Notes: generated from the sequence alone by a model not told the origin. Positions 29,942 through 39,702 are shown, counted from the first letter of the stretch. The stretch is DNA of 64,000 bases from an uncultured Candidatus Saccharibacteria bacterium (GCA_964403155.1 CAYOEG010000002.1:74296-138295), one strand, 5' to 3'. Numbers and translations are program-made.

Positions 29942-30904
29942 ATGGAAAAAACAAAGTTAAACAGACAGCATATAGATGCACAATTTTTAGCATTATGCCT
30001 GGCTATTCTTGCGTTCCTAGGGCTATCATATTGGATTGGAGAAATTGTTTGGTTACAAGACTTTCAACTCTTTGTAACTTTGATATCAGGAGTTTTTGCA
30101 CTCTTCATTGGAGTTATTGCTCTTCTTCGTTACTACACCAAAAAATCTTCCGTTAATTTCCTTTTCATAGGGCTAGGATTCTTAGGAGTTGGACTGCTTG
30201 ATGTTTTCCAACTAATGTTAGATCTTGGGGCATTCCAGAGCCTTTTTGTAGCTCCAGAAAACCAAGTGTATTCCCTAACCTCTGTTATCTCAAAGGTGTT
30301 CCTATCTGCATTGATGTTTGTAAGCTGGTTTGTTAACAGGAATGCTAACAAGGTAAGTAGGACTACAAGGAAACAAGAGAAAACACTCATGCTTATGGTT
30401 TCTGTATGTTTTGTATTGTTCGTTAGTGTATTTCTTTTTTTGATGGTAAAGGGAATACAGATGGATAGTTTGGCAGTCATAATAATAGGGTTGGTATCAC
30501 TTATGTTCCTACTTCTGGCAATTGTTGGATATCTACTAGATAGAGGATGGATGTATGATGACTTCAACTATTGGATAATATTTCTTCTAGCATTCTTAGT
30601 ACTTTCTCAGATATTTTATCTACCCCTTTTCAATCTAGAATATTTAAATATGATGAATCTTTCAGTATGGGCAAGATTCTTTGCGTATCTTGGACTTTTA
30701 GTTGGTTTCCTGAATAGTATCTATGTTATGTTCCAGAAGGAAATTGCAACACAGAAAGAATTAGAAGAGAAAAACAAAATGATAGGGGAGACAAAAGCGA
30801 AGGTAGAGGAAGCATATTTGCTTCTTAGAGAGGAGAAGTGGTCCTTGGCGAGAAGTAAGGGAAGTGCAGACAAGATTTTGAAGGATATCGTAAAGGATAT
30901 ATAA
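29942..30904 (+). CDS. Multi-TM sensor-like membrane protein (MASE3-like) with coiled-coil tail and no kinase domain
   Basis: About 8 TM; FLFIGLGFLGVGLLD resembles membrane sensor domains of histidine kinases. Confidence 0.55.
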   Translation: MEKTKLNRQHIDAQFLALCLAILAFLGLSYWIGEIVWLQDFQLFVTLISGVFALFIGVIALLRYYTKKSSVNFLFIGLGFLGVGLLDVFQLMLDLGAFQSLFVAPENQVYSLTSVISKVFLSALMFVSWFVNRNANKVSRTTRKQEKTLMLMVSVCFVLFVSVFLFLMVKGIQMDSLAVIIIGLVSLMFLLLAIVGYLLDRGWMYDDFNYWIIFLLAFLVLSQIFYLPLFNLEYLNMMNLSVWARFFAYLGLLVGFLNSIYVMFQKEIATQKELEEKNKMIGETKAKVEEAYLLLREEKWSLARSKGSADKILKDIVKDI

Positions 30905-30910
30905 TAAGGG

Positions 30911-31636
30911 ATGTTTGAACCGAAATTAAAAAAATATCTGAAGAAGTTTGATTACTCATATGCCTTGGGAACGTATCCTACGATTGATTTACTCCGATAC
31001 AAACGCGAGCATTTGCTCAAAGTTTTGATTAAATCAAAAGTAGATGAGAGCGAGGGGGTGGAGGAGGTGCTTGCTCTCTGTAAAGAGAACGGTATCAAAG
31101 CAGAGGTGCAGGATAGAGCAATAGAGAAAATCTCAGTAAAAGAGAATACGTATGCGGTTGGAGTTTTTAAGAAATATGATTGTACATTGGATATGGATGC
31201 AAACCATCTTGTGCTTGTTGAACCAAGGAATATGGGTAATCTAGGTACGATTATTCGTACTATGTTAGCTTTTGATTTTAAAAATCTTGCAATTATTAAG
31301 CCAGCTGCGGATATTTTTGATCCTACGGTTGTACGTTCTACAATGGGCGCGGTATTTCAGATTAATTTCGAATATTTTGAGAATATCCAAGAATACATAG
31401 AGAAATATGGGAAGAGAAATATATACACCTTTATGTTGGATGGTGCAGAGGATATTAGGAATGTGAATTTCCAAGAACCATTTAGTATGGTGCAGGGGAA
31501 TGAGAGCAAGGGCTTGCTATCAGAATATTCTAAGATTGGAAAGAGTATATATATTCCTAATTCTAGGAATGTTGATTCACTTAATCTATCCATTGCTACT
31601 GGGATAGGGTTGTGGGAGGCTAGGAGGGGTAAATAA
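30911..31636 (+). CDS. TrmH/SpoU-family RNA methyltransferase
   Basis: GNLGTIIRT, RSTMGA, GNESKGL, DSLNLSIA. Confidence 0.92.
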   Translation: MFEPKLKKYLKKFDYSYALGTYPTIDLLRYKREHLLKVLIKSKVDESEGVEEVLALCKENGIKAEVQDRAIEKISVKENTYAVGVFKKYDCTLDMDANHLVLVEPRNMGNLGTIIRTMLAFDFKNLAIIKPAADIFDPTVVRSTMGAVFQINFEYFENIQEYIEKYGKRNIYTFMLDGAEDIRNVNFQEPFSMVQGNESKGLLSEYSKIGKSIYIPNSRNVDSLNLSIATGIGLWEARRGK

Positions 31637-31693
31637 TCATCAAAAATGGTATAATGTATTTGGGATAGCAATATCCTAGATCTTTTTCAATTT

Positions 31694-32105
31694 GGGGACG
31701 TAAGGCTTTCGACAGGAGTCTGCGTTTAGTTGTCACAAACCGAGGGTTGTCTCGTTAATCAACGCACAATGATAAGTGTAAAAAACAAAATCGTCGCCTT
31801 TGCAGAGAATATTAAAGCAAGTTTGGCTATGCCAGCTTTCAACTTTAACTTTGCTTAAGGTTTAGTCAATTAAGTTTGACTAATGTCTTCTTTTTCTATT
31901 CCTAGTTAGGAATTTAAGACAGTCGTTACTAGGATATATACTTACTATTTTGTCGGTAGAGTAGTGAGCACGAAAGTAATTACTGAGTGGATATATCTTT
32001 TTGCTAATCCTTTTAGATATGTCTAACTATTTAGGATTAGATATGTTTGTACATGATGCTAGACAATGCTTATGGACGTGGGTTCAATTCCCACCGTCTC
32101 CACCA
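31694..32105 (+). ncRNA. ssrA: tmRNA
   Basis: 5' GGGGACG..TTCGAC; 3' T-arm GTGGGTTCAATTCCCAC and CGTCTCCACCA; tag ORF at 31778-31858; smpB in window. Confidence 0.93.
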
Positions 32106-32117
32106 TTATTGAAAATA

Positions 32118-32435
32118 TTATTGTTTTTGATTAGGAAATTTTTCTTCGATATCATCAACGAATTCCACAATGCCCTCTCTTAAGCGTCTTGGTCCTGTCA
32201 TTGTCGAGAAACCCTTCAATATTTCCGTAGGTATATGTTGGACAAGAAAAAGGTTCGGGGTCATTTTTATAGTTGTGACTTCTACGTAATGAGGTTCTAA
32301 ATCAATATCTTCTTTGTAAGAGTCTGCTAGAGTTGCCTTTTGAAATTCTTGCTGTAGCAAGTCCTGTTCTGCCAATGCTGCTTTTAACTGTTCCGCATTT
32401 TGAAGTATTTCTCCTTCTTGACTATCTTCGCCCAT
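32118..32435 (-). CDS. Hypothetical protein
   Basis: 105-aa ORF with acidic N-terminus. Confidence 0.6.
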   Translation of the reverse strand: MGEDSQEGEILQNAEQLKAALAEQDLLQQEFQKATLADSYKEDIDLEPHYVEVTTIKMTPNLFLVQHIPTEILKGFSTMTGPRRLREGIVEFVDDIEEKFPNQKQ

Positions 32436-32503
32436 TGCAATATATAGATGTCATATTTTAATAAATAATTTTACTAAATATAGAGAAAGATTGCGACAAG
32501 GGC

Positions 32504-32541
32504 TTTAAGTTCCAAGCTATCCAACACATCCCACCATATTG
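32504..32541 (+). repeat. 38-bp direct repeat, copy 1
   Basis: tttaagttccaagctatccaacacatcccaccatattg; 34/38 identical to 33166-33203. Confidence 0.9.
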
Positions 32542-32582
32542 AAAATATTCCCTGTGAACTATCTTTTTGATATATTTATATC

Positions 32583-33170
32583 ATGAACGAATTCGAGAAA
32601 TTATTACAGGAAGCAAGGGAATTGGCATATTCTGAAGCAAAGAAATATTCTACACCAATACTAAAACATATAGATTTTGCAACACACCAAGGAATTACTC
32701 TGGCGGAGAAATTGGTTGCAAACAAGAGAATTGTTGAGGTTGGAACGTTACTTATGGATATAAAGATAGGAGAGGCTGTTAACCAAGGAAAATTATCCGA
32801 GCATGTTCAGATGTCGCATGATTTTACAAAAGAGTTATTATCTAAATATTCTGAAATTTCGGACGAAGATAAGACGAACATAGAGGCTTGTGTCCTTGAG
32901 CATCATGGTAAAGAGAAGTTTTACTCTATAGAGTCAGAGATATGTTGTAATGCAGATTGCTACAGATTTTGTTCTGTAGAAGGAGTCTCATATGTACTAA
33001 GATACTTCCGAGATATAGAGTTTAAAGATTTGGTTGCTTTAATAAATCATAAAATTGAAGAAAAATGGAATGCACTATCGTTAGATATTTGTAAAAGAGG
33101 ACTAGAACCGCAGCATAAGATTCTTCTCACATTTATGAAATATTTAAAAGAAGAACAAGCGAGATTTTAA
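32583..33170 (+). CDS. HD-domain-like phosphohydrolase (H-D dyad reads M-D)
   Basis: H...LLMDI...H...EHH...ADC pattern. Confidence 0.7.
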   Translation: MNEFEKLLQEARELAYSEAKKYSTPILKHIDFATHQGITLAEKLVANKRIVEVGTLLMDIKIGEAVNQGKLSEHVQMSHDFTKELLSKYSEISDEDKTNIEACVLEHHGKEKFYSIESEICCNADCYRFCSVEGVSYVLRYFRDIEFKDLVALINHKIEEKWNALSLDICKRGLEPQHKILLTFMKYLKEEQARF

Positions 33171-33203
33171 GTTCCAAGCTCTCCAACACATCTCACTACA
33201 TTG
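33166..33203 (+). repeat. 38-bp direct repeat, copy 2
   Basis: tttaagttccaagctctccaacacatctcactacattg; supplies the stop codon of the HD gene. Confidence 0.9.
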
Positions 33204-33273
33204 GGCTCATTGTTTCAAGAGGGGAATCCATCATATAGTGTATAATCGAAAAAATAAATTGAAATTATAAGAA

Positions 33274-33954
33274 ATGGCAAACTCTGATTTTCTAAGGGCA
33301 AATCTAAACCAACATGCAGTAAAGAACTCTAAATCTAAAAAAATGGATGAAGAGATTGATGTTGCAGTTCAAAAATTGATCCCTTTCCTCTCTGAAAAAT
33401 ACCCCGAACTTGATTTTGAACATCAAAAAAAGATGCTTTTAAAGGACATTATTTCAATGTTATCCTTACAATTTCCGGGATATTCAAATTTTTTTAGATG
33501 TGAAAAAGAGACGAGCTTCATAAAACCAGATGGAGGTTTCCTTTTTGCGAAGAATAAGAGAGGAGAAAGACGTTTAGTTCTAGTTGCAGAAGTAAAAAGG
33601 CAGGGAACCAATGATAAGAGATTTGAAGAAGGGTTAAGTAGCCAAGCCATGGGGAATGCAATAGAAAGGTTAGGGAAAAATCTCATAGGTATAAGGACGA
33701 TTTTTAAAAATGAAGGAGTTTTGCCTTTTATCTGCTTTGGTTCGGGTCATGATTTTAGAGAAGGATCTTCCATCTTGGACAGAGTTATAACTATGAACGA
33801 ATTCTTCCCATTAAACCAACTCTTCGTAGAGAAGGACTTTATGCCATTTGAACCTGTTTCCATGATGTTTAGATATGAACCTTGGACTGTTGACGAAATG
33901 TTTGAAAGCATGAAAAAGGTTGCAATAAAGGCAATAGAGTATAAGTTTGTTTAA
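33274..33954 (+). CDS. EcoRI-family type II restriction endonuclease
   Basis: IKPDGG, LVAEVKRQG and GNAIER match EcoRI catalytic and recognition motifs. Confidence 0.88.
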   Translation: MANSDFLRANLNQHAVKNSKSKKMDEEIDVAVQKLIPFLSEKYPELDFEHQKKMLLKDIISMLSLQFPGYSNFFRCEKETSFIKPDGGFLFAKNKRGERRLVLVAEVKRQGTNDKRFEEGLSSQAMGNAIERLGKNLIGIRTIFKNEGVLPFICFGSGHDFREGSSILDRVITMNEFFPLNQLFVEKDFMPFEPVSMMFRYEPWTVDEMFESMKKVAIKAIEYKFV

Positions 33955-35099
33955 TTCTTTTTCAATAACCACAAGAGTTCTTTAACCTTGATTGTTCTTT
34001 CTCTTAGGTTTCGAGAACCTCTATACGTGTTGTAATCTTGTTCGTAAAGAATGTAATCCCCATGTTTTTCTAGCATCTTCTTGAAAGTATCTATCGGTAT
34101 AATACCCTCATTGTTGTAAGAGATAAGGATGTATTTTGCTTTTGTGTTTTCTAAAAGGTTGTTCATAAAAACTTCTGCCTCTTGTCTTTTGTTGTATTTT
34201 GACTTGTTCCACTCTTTTGAGATTCCACTTACTCCATCCTGAATATCTGTAGGTTTACCACTATTTATTATATTCAACATGAAATAATTTGAACCATAAG
34301 GATGTTGGTTGTATGGAGGATCGTAATATGCTAAATCAACTTCTGGAAGTTCCAAAATCAGGTTATTAATATCTTCTTGATAGACAGTATAATCACATTC
34401 AACTTCTGAGAAAATCGGCACTTCTAATTCTATCTCACCTTTTATTCGTGTTAATGCATTCTCCCCTTTGCCTCCAAAGTGTCCAATCCCGTCCTTTTTG
34501 TGAAATCCTTTGAAAACACCGGAAGTGTTTGTATGTATAGAAGATTCGACTAGAAGATTTGCCAGACAATATTTTTGTAAATCCTTGTCTAATGTATCTA
34601 TTAAAAATCTAACATTATCAATAATTAAAGCATTTTTATGTGTATAAAAAACGCGCTCTCCTTCCTGAATATTATTGTCATCCTTTGGTGCATAATTTCT
34701 AGTGATAAAATATTCAGATTTAGTTTTTTCAAGTTTCTTTGCATTTAAATATTCTATTGAGTCAGAGAGCTTCTTTATATTAACAGAACTTTTGTTATCC
34801 AAATAAGCAGAGTTAATAGTAAAGGCATAACTTTCTAAGTCATTTACAAGGAGATCCTTTGAGTGATATTTTAGTAACCTTGATACAGAGCCACTTCCAG
34901 CAAAACCATCCAAGGATGTTATTTTATCTTTTCCTAATTCCTTTTTTATTTCTACAATCGCTTGATTAAGAAAAGGAAGTAGCTTTCTCTTATTACCAAT
35001 ATATGTAATTAAGTGTGAAGAAAAGTAGTCCTGGTTAAGAAAGTCACGATCTGTATCATCTTCGAAAAGAAATAGTTTCTGTATATGTTTTCTCTTCAC
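33951..35099 (-). CDS. D12-class N6-adenine DNA methyltransferase
   Basis: ITYIGNK, DGFAGSGSV, DPPY, ISYNNEG; convergent with the endonuclease. Confidence 0.92.
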   Translation of the reverse strand: MKRKHIQKLFLFEDDTDRDFLNQDYFSSHLITYIGNKRKLLPFLNQAIVEIKKELGKDKITSLDGFAGSGSVSRLLKYHSKDLLVNDLESYAFTINSAYLDNKSSVNIKKLSDSIEYLNAKKLEKTKSEYFITRNYAPKDDNNIQEGERVFYTHKNALIIDNVRFLIDTLDKDLQKYCLANLLVESSIHTNTSGVFKGFHKKDGIGHFGGKGENALTRIKGEIELEVPIFSEVECDYTVYQEDINNLILELPEVDLAYYDPPYNQHPYGSNYFMLNIINSGKPTDIQDGVSGISKEWNKSKYNKRQEAEVFMNNLLENTKAKYILISYNNEGIIPIDTFKKMLEKHGDYILYEQDYNTYRGSRNLRERTIKVKELLWLLKKN

Positions 35100-35310
35100 T
35101 TTTTATTCGCACTAAGAAGTTAGATTTGTAGTATAGGTTACTGAGAACAGGTAAATTATATCATGTGATATACAGAGTAGATATTCAAGATTATTGTTGC
35201 TTAGGATATAATTCAAGCGGTGAAAATGGTATTGTAAAGAAGAAAGGTTCTTAGTGAGTTCGAACTTTTGAATACGACACTCACCAATTTAATATATAAA
35301 CCATAAGGGT

Positions 35311-36066
35311 ATGAACAAGATCGCAATTCCTAAGTTCGTTTTAATTTTACTAGGTTTTCTTCTTCTGACTGCGTGTGTTGCAATAGGATTGCTCTTTTTC
35401 AACGATGAGCAATGTGCTGTAGAGGAGAATAAGACAGGACAGAATACTGAAGAGGTTGAAGATGTAAATGATAAGTGTGTAGATATAGATTTGAAAGATA
35501 CCTCTGGTGCATGGAGATACTTAGAGAAGATTGAAAAGATAGCGAATGATACTTCGTATGGTGTGGTTATTACTGTTACAGAAGTTGATGAAAATGGAAG
35601 CAAGACAGGAGAATGCAAATTGTATATTACTGATTATGTAGAAGAGGGTTTGGGTGTTTCGAATACGCAATTGGGTGCATTATCCGAGATTGTATATATA
35701 GGGGAGGGTAGTGTTGCTTACAATTATGGCAATGCTATATACACACAAAAGATTGAGGAGGATGCAAAGGCAGTCGTAATTGCAAATCAAGAATTAGCTG
35801 CGGAAACATCACTGGAAGAAGAGGGTGAGACTTTGATTTTTGATGGTCCATTTTTAGTAGACAAGGGAGAAAAGACGGGTGTTTCAGAGACAGGGCAATT
35901 TGTTTTCCTTGTAGATTTTATATTTGGTTGTGAGACAGATACTCTCCCGAGATCTTGTGAAGAAATGACTTCTTTGAGCCAAGAGCTTGAGGAACAGGGT
36001 GTCACAGGCTGGTGGATGTATAAGGGCCTTCCTGGTGGTGGGATAGTTCATCTGATCGAGGATTAA
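35311..36066 (+). CDS. Membrane-anchored acidic exported protein
   Basis: N-terminal TM, acidic, several Cys. Confidence 0.7.
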   Translation: MNKIAIPKFVLILLGFLLLTACVAIGLLFFNDEQCAVEENKTGQNTEEVEDVNDKCVDIDLKDTSGAWRYLEKIEKIANDTSYGVVITVTEVDENGSKTGECKLYITDYVEEGLGVSNTQLGALSEIVYIGEGSVAYNYGNAIYTQKIEEDAKAVVIANQELAAETSLEEEGETLIFDGPFLVDKGEKTGVSETGQFVFLVDFIFGCETDTLPRSCEEMTSLSQELEEQGVTGWWMYKGLPGGGIVHLIED

Positions 36067-36086
36067 TTTAAATTACTGGTATCTAG

Positions 36087-36734
36087 ATGGAGATATTGTT
36101 GATTAATGGTAGTGCAAGAAAAGGAGGATTCTGTAATACTATTGCCCAAGGACTTAAAGCAAACTTGGATTCAATAAGCAGTAGTAAGCATGAAGTGCAC
36201 ACAAAGATCTTCACAATAGCAGAGAAGGACATTAAGTTTTGTGCCGGTTGTGTGAGTTGTTGTGCAGAGGAGAATAGATATTGCTATATAAAAGATGACA
36301 CATACGAAGCATACAAATTAATGGAAAACGCAGATTCCATCGTCTATATCTCTCCAATTTATGAAAGTTTTATTTCTGGTATATTAAAGAATTTTTTTGA
36401 TAGGACCAATCACTATACATCTTTTTTCAAGCTAGCAGGGAAACCAATGAACTTAATTTTGTGTGGAGTGCAACCTCTCAGCTTCGGGAAAAAGGAATTC
36501 TCAAACAGACATGTTATTAAAAATGTTAACCAGTACTTTAGAAATTATTCAATAATCACACACACAATCTATCACTTCCTAGGATTTTTCCATCACGAGG
36601 ATCACCATTCAGTAACAAATAAGTCTAATTTAGAGAAGTTCGAAAAACAGTTAAGAAGTATTGCTCAAAAGTTGGCAAAGCAAAAGATAGAAAAAAAGAA
36701 AAGTAAGGAGAGAGAAACGTCATATAGTGTTTAA
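36087..36734 (+). CDS. Flavodoxin-fold iron-sulfur flavoprotein / FMN reductase family
   Basis: INGSARKGG, CxxCxxC..C, SPIY, LKNFFDR. Confidence 0.88.
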   Translation: MEILLINGSARKGGFCNTIAQGLKANLDSISSSKHEVHTKIFTIAEKDIKFCAGCVSCCAEENRYCYIKDDTYEAYKLMENADSIVYISPIYESFISGILKNFFDRTNHYTSFFKLAGKPMNLILCGVQPLSFGKKEFSNRHVIKNVNQYFRNYSIITHTIYHFLGFFHHEDHHSVTNKSNLEKFEKQLRSIAQKLAKQKIEKKKSKERETSYSV

Positions 36735-36766
36735 ATTGCGAACCTTTTAATCAATTCAAAATCTCT

Positions 36767-37600
36767 TTACTCCACAGCACTCATACTCCCCAATATTCCA
36801 TCTATCTGTACTAGTTCATCTCCAGATATATCCTCCGGGAATTTGTAAAAGTATGCCTCATATGCAGGACCATCAGAATTGGCATCCTCAAAGGTAACGC
36901 CATCTAATGCAACTACAATATTAAAACATGGAGCCTCAAAAAATTCGTTACCCTCTTCGTCGTCCTGATAGAATCTATTGGCTACTCTTCTTGTAGTATG
37001 TCCTAACCACTCAAATTCTGTATATGGCATACTGCTAAAATCATTTATATTTAGAGTATCACCCATCTCATCTGCCATATCCTCCATCTCTTGTCTATAA
37101 TCTGGATTATCATCTTCAAAAGCATAGTATTCATTGCAACCAGCAAAACCAATACCATTAACACCCTTTAACCAGAACATCTCTTCATCATTCGCATTAA
37201 ATATTTTTAAACCTGTTAAACCAGAGTAAGTAACACCCTCTACTAAAGAATCTGATCCTTCTCCATCAAAATATTCTTCAATACTCCAACCCTCAGGAAG
37301 AGTGGCGGATATTACCTCGCCAGTAAATGTTTCTGTTATCTCTTCGTTTTCAGTTTCTGCAATTGTATTGTCATCTGTATCCTTTATTTGTGTGTTGGTA
37401 TCTGTATCCGATTTGCCTAAGAAAGGTATTTCTACTAGGCCTTTTTGATTCGCAATATATACCAAAAGACATACAATGATTAAGCCCAATATTGTGCAAA
37501 GGGCTATTAGTCCTCCATTACTTTTGGGTTTTGATACGGGAGGTGTAGGCATTGGTGGAGTAGTGGTTTGTGTTTCCACAACATTTGGTTGATTATCCAT
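36767..37600 (-). CDS. Membrane-anchored acidic surface protein
   Basis: Pro-rich N-terminus, one TM, LPEGWS motif. Confidence 0.7.
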   Translation of the reverse strand: MDNQPNVVETQTTTPPMPTPPVSKPKSNGGLIALCTILGLIIVCLLVYIANQKGLVEIPFLGKSDTDTNTQIKDTDDNTIAETENEEITETFTGEVISATLPEGWSIEEYFDGEGSDSLVEGVTYSGLTGLKIFNANDEEMFWLKGVNGIGFAGCNEYYAFEDDNPDYRQEMEDMADEMGDTLNINDFSSMPYTEFEWLGHTTRRVANRFYQDDEEGNEFFEAPCFNIVVALDGVTFEDANSDGPAYEAYFYKFPEDISGDELVQIDGILGSMSAVE

Positions 37601-37619
37601 AGTTAAATATATTATTAAT

Positions 37620-37862
37620 TTAATTATTTTCTTCGCATGTCATTAATGTACAGACAACTTGTCCGTCACTGCATGCACAATAGTTGCAATTATCTGAAGA
37701 TTTAAAGGACTCTCCACTTGCATAGGACCATCCGTTGTAATCACACCTAGATTTTTGTTGAGAGATTGTTTCGTTATATACAATGAAGCTTACAAGACCA
37801 ATGATTATGGTACCAAGGGTAATACATAGTCCTAGGAGAAAGTTGTGTTTTTTCTCATCCAT
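37620..37862 (-). CDS. Small membrane-anchored pacifastin/VWC-like Cys-rich protein
   Basis: TM then C-x18-CNxCxC-x2-G-x3-CT-x3-C. Confidence 0.7.
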   Translation of the reverse strand: MDEKKHNFLLGLCITLGTIIIGLVSFIVYNETISQQKSRCDYNGWSYASGESFKSSDNCNYCACSDGQVVCTLMTCEENN

Positions 37863-37922
37863 AGTTTTAGTATATATATTTTTGAAGAAAAATGGAAAAA
37901 CTTTTAAAGTACTACTGACTAG

Positions 37923-38657
37923 TTATTCTATCCTCTGATATCCTAAAACCTCAAAGTTTCCACCATCTCTCTGTATTTCTTCCATAAATCCATCGACCTC
38001 TTCATCAGACAAAACACCACCGTCTTTGTGATGGTTCAAAGCGACTCTCTTCTGATCTAAGAAGTCTGATACCTCAAAACCAAGGGGATTAAATCTCATA
38101 TAAGAATCGGAGAGTAAGAATTCAGATACATAGCACGGTTTTAATCCTTGCTGTATCTGCTCTGGGAAGAACCCGTTATCTCGACAATATGGATATGTAG
38201 CATCGAACACCATCTGAGAAAATTTGCGATGATCTCTGTGATTAATCCATCTAATATCCTCTGAGAAATCATTTATTAACTCAAAAGGATTGTGTGTAAT
38301 AACTATATCAGGTTGGAACTCTCTTAGATGATATACAATCTTCCCGATATTCTCATAAGATTCTTCGACCTGTCCATCTGGAAAGTTTAGGTTAAAGATT
38401 TCGTCATCTTTTAAGCCCAATTCTTTTCCTGCTTCTCTTTGTGAATTTAATCTAATCTTTTTGAATTCCTCTGTAGTGTAGTTTGCTTCATGCATACCTT
38501 TGTCGCCATTTGTAGCTACAACAGTTCTTACTTTTTTACCATCTTTGATCAATCTTGCAATTAACCCGCCACATATGATTTCTGCATCATCTGGATGTCC
38601 CAAGAGGGCAAGGATCTTATGTTTATTAGAGAAAATCTTACTGTATGAGTCTTCCAT
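37923..38657 (-). CDS. PIG-L/LmbE-family deacetylase
   Basis: HPDDAE, TNGDKG, HRDH. Confidence 0.9.
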   Translation of the reverse strand: MEDSYSKIFSNKHKILALLGHPDDAEIICGGLIARLIKDGKKVRTVVATNGDKGMHEANYTTEEFKKIRLNSQREAGKELGLKDDEIFNLNFPDGQVEESYENIGKIVYHLREFQPDIVITHNPFELINDFSEDIRWINHRDHRKFSQMVFDATYPYCRDNGFFPEQIQQGLKPCYVSEFLLSDSYMRFNPLGFEVSDFLDQKRVALNHHKDGGVLSDEEVDGFMEEIQRDGGNFEVLGYQRIE

Positions 38658-38680
38658 ATTAAAATGGTTTATTTTATTTA

Positions 38681-38772
38681 TGGCGGAGAGGGCGGGATTC
38701 GAACCCGCGATAGGTTTTAAAGCCTATGACTCGTTAGCAGTGAGTTCCTTTCGGCCTCTCAGGCACCTCTCC
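38681..38772 (-). tRNA. tRNA-Ser(GCU)
   Basis: GGAGAGG/CCTCTCC acceptor, loop CTGCTAA, long variable arm, CCA; A31-C39 mismatch. Confidence 0.93.
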
Positions 38773-38798
38773 ATTTAACAGGTACCATTATAATTCAT

Positions 38799-39620
38799 TT
38801 AAGGCTTTTCTACCAGAATATCATGCCATTTTAGAGGTTTAGATAATAAACTAAACAGTTGGGCTACTGCAGCAGGGTTAGGTACTCTCTCTGCTATCCA
38901 AACCTGTTCTCCATTTTGCATCGTCTTTAATTCTGCAAAGTTTTCTTCATCCATGGCTAATCTCTTCTCTGATATCTCTAAGAGTGGAATTCGTATCTGT
39001 TCGGCGTAGAAGGCAAGTTTTTTTAGGTAATTAAATAGTGGCTCATATGGTAGCCTAAAGGAATATGATAGATTATGGAACGTCATCTTTCTTCCAGAGA
39101 AAGATTCAGTAGTGTGAGTCCCTTCGGGAGTTGTCTCAATGTGTGGAAATGAAATGCCTGCAAGCTGTAAATATTGGGCGAGACCTTCTACAAGGAAGAT
39201 AGCAGTATCAGCATGATCAATATTATGTGGACTCAATCGGTTCAAAGGAGTTAACGATTGTTCCATTGGGGTTCCAGCGTGATCACCAATTCCACTATAG
39301 ATGTACATCCAAACTCCTCCCCCAGCATCAGGCATTATACATTCTAGAGAGTAATTCTCACCCTTTTTTATCCAATCTAATCTTGTATCAGGATAATCAT
39401 GAATTTGACATAGAACTTCAAATTCACGAGCGAAGTCTTCTGCGTTCTTCCTCGTGATTTGTATGCCAGGTATGAGCCTCTGTACTAAAGCATTTCTATC
39501 AAATGTTCTCCAAGCTATCCCATACCCAGAGGAGCAATCTTCAACGACGGGAAAATCATATTTCTCATAATGTATATTCTCGGGGGAATTAAGTAACTCT
39601 GGATTCAAGTCGTCTGCCAT
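38799..39620 (-). CDS. Hypothetical protein
   Basis: 273-aa ORF, acidic N-terminus, no recognised motif. Confidence 0.7.
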   Translation of the reverse strand: MADDLNPELLNSPENIHYEKYDFPVVEDCSSGYGIAWRTFDRNALVQRLIPGIQITRKNAEDFAREFEVLCQIHDYPDTRLDWIKKGENYSLECIMPDAGGGVWMYIYSGIGDHAGTPMEQSLTPLNRLSPHNIDHADTAIFLVEGLAQYLQLAGISFPHIETTPEGTHTTESFSGRKMTFHNLSYSFRLPYEPLFNYLKKLAFYAEQIRIPLLEISEKRLAMDEENFAELKTMQNGEQVWIAERVPNPAAVAQLFSLLSKPLKWHDILVEKP

Positions 39621-39702
39621 AGTGTTTTGTATTTAATTTAAAACAATAGGCAGTTGTATATATCAGTATAATTCATTTAACCTTTTTGTGCTACAATAAA
39701 CT

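Noticed and set aside
32001-32183. 60-aa ORF
   Set aside because: Overlaps the tmRNA 3' end
35241-35290. preQ1-I riboswitch
   Set aside because: GGUUC lies in the stem rather than the loop, the A-rich tail is absent and there is no queuosine gene context
38500-38778. 92-aa ORF containing MAERAGFEPA
   Set aside because: Antisense translation of tRNA-Ser(GCU)
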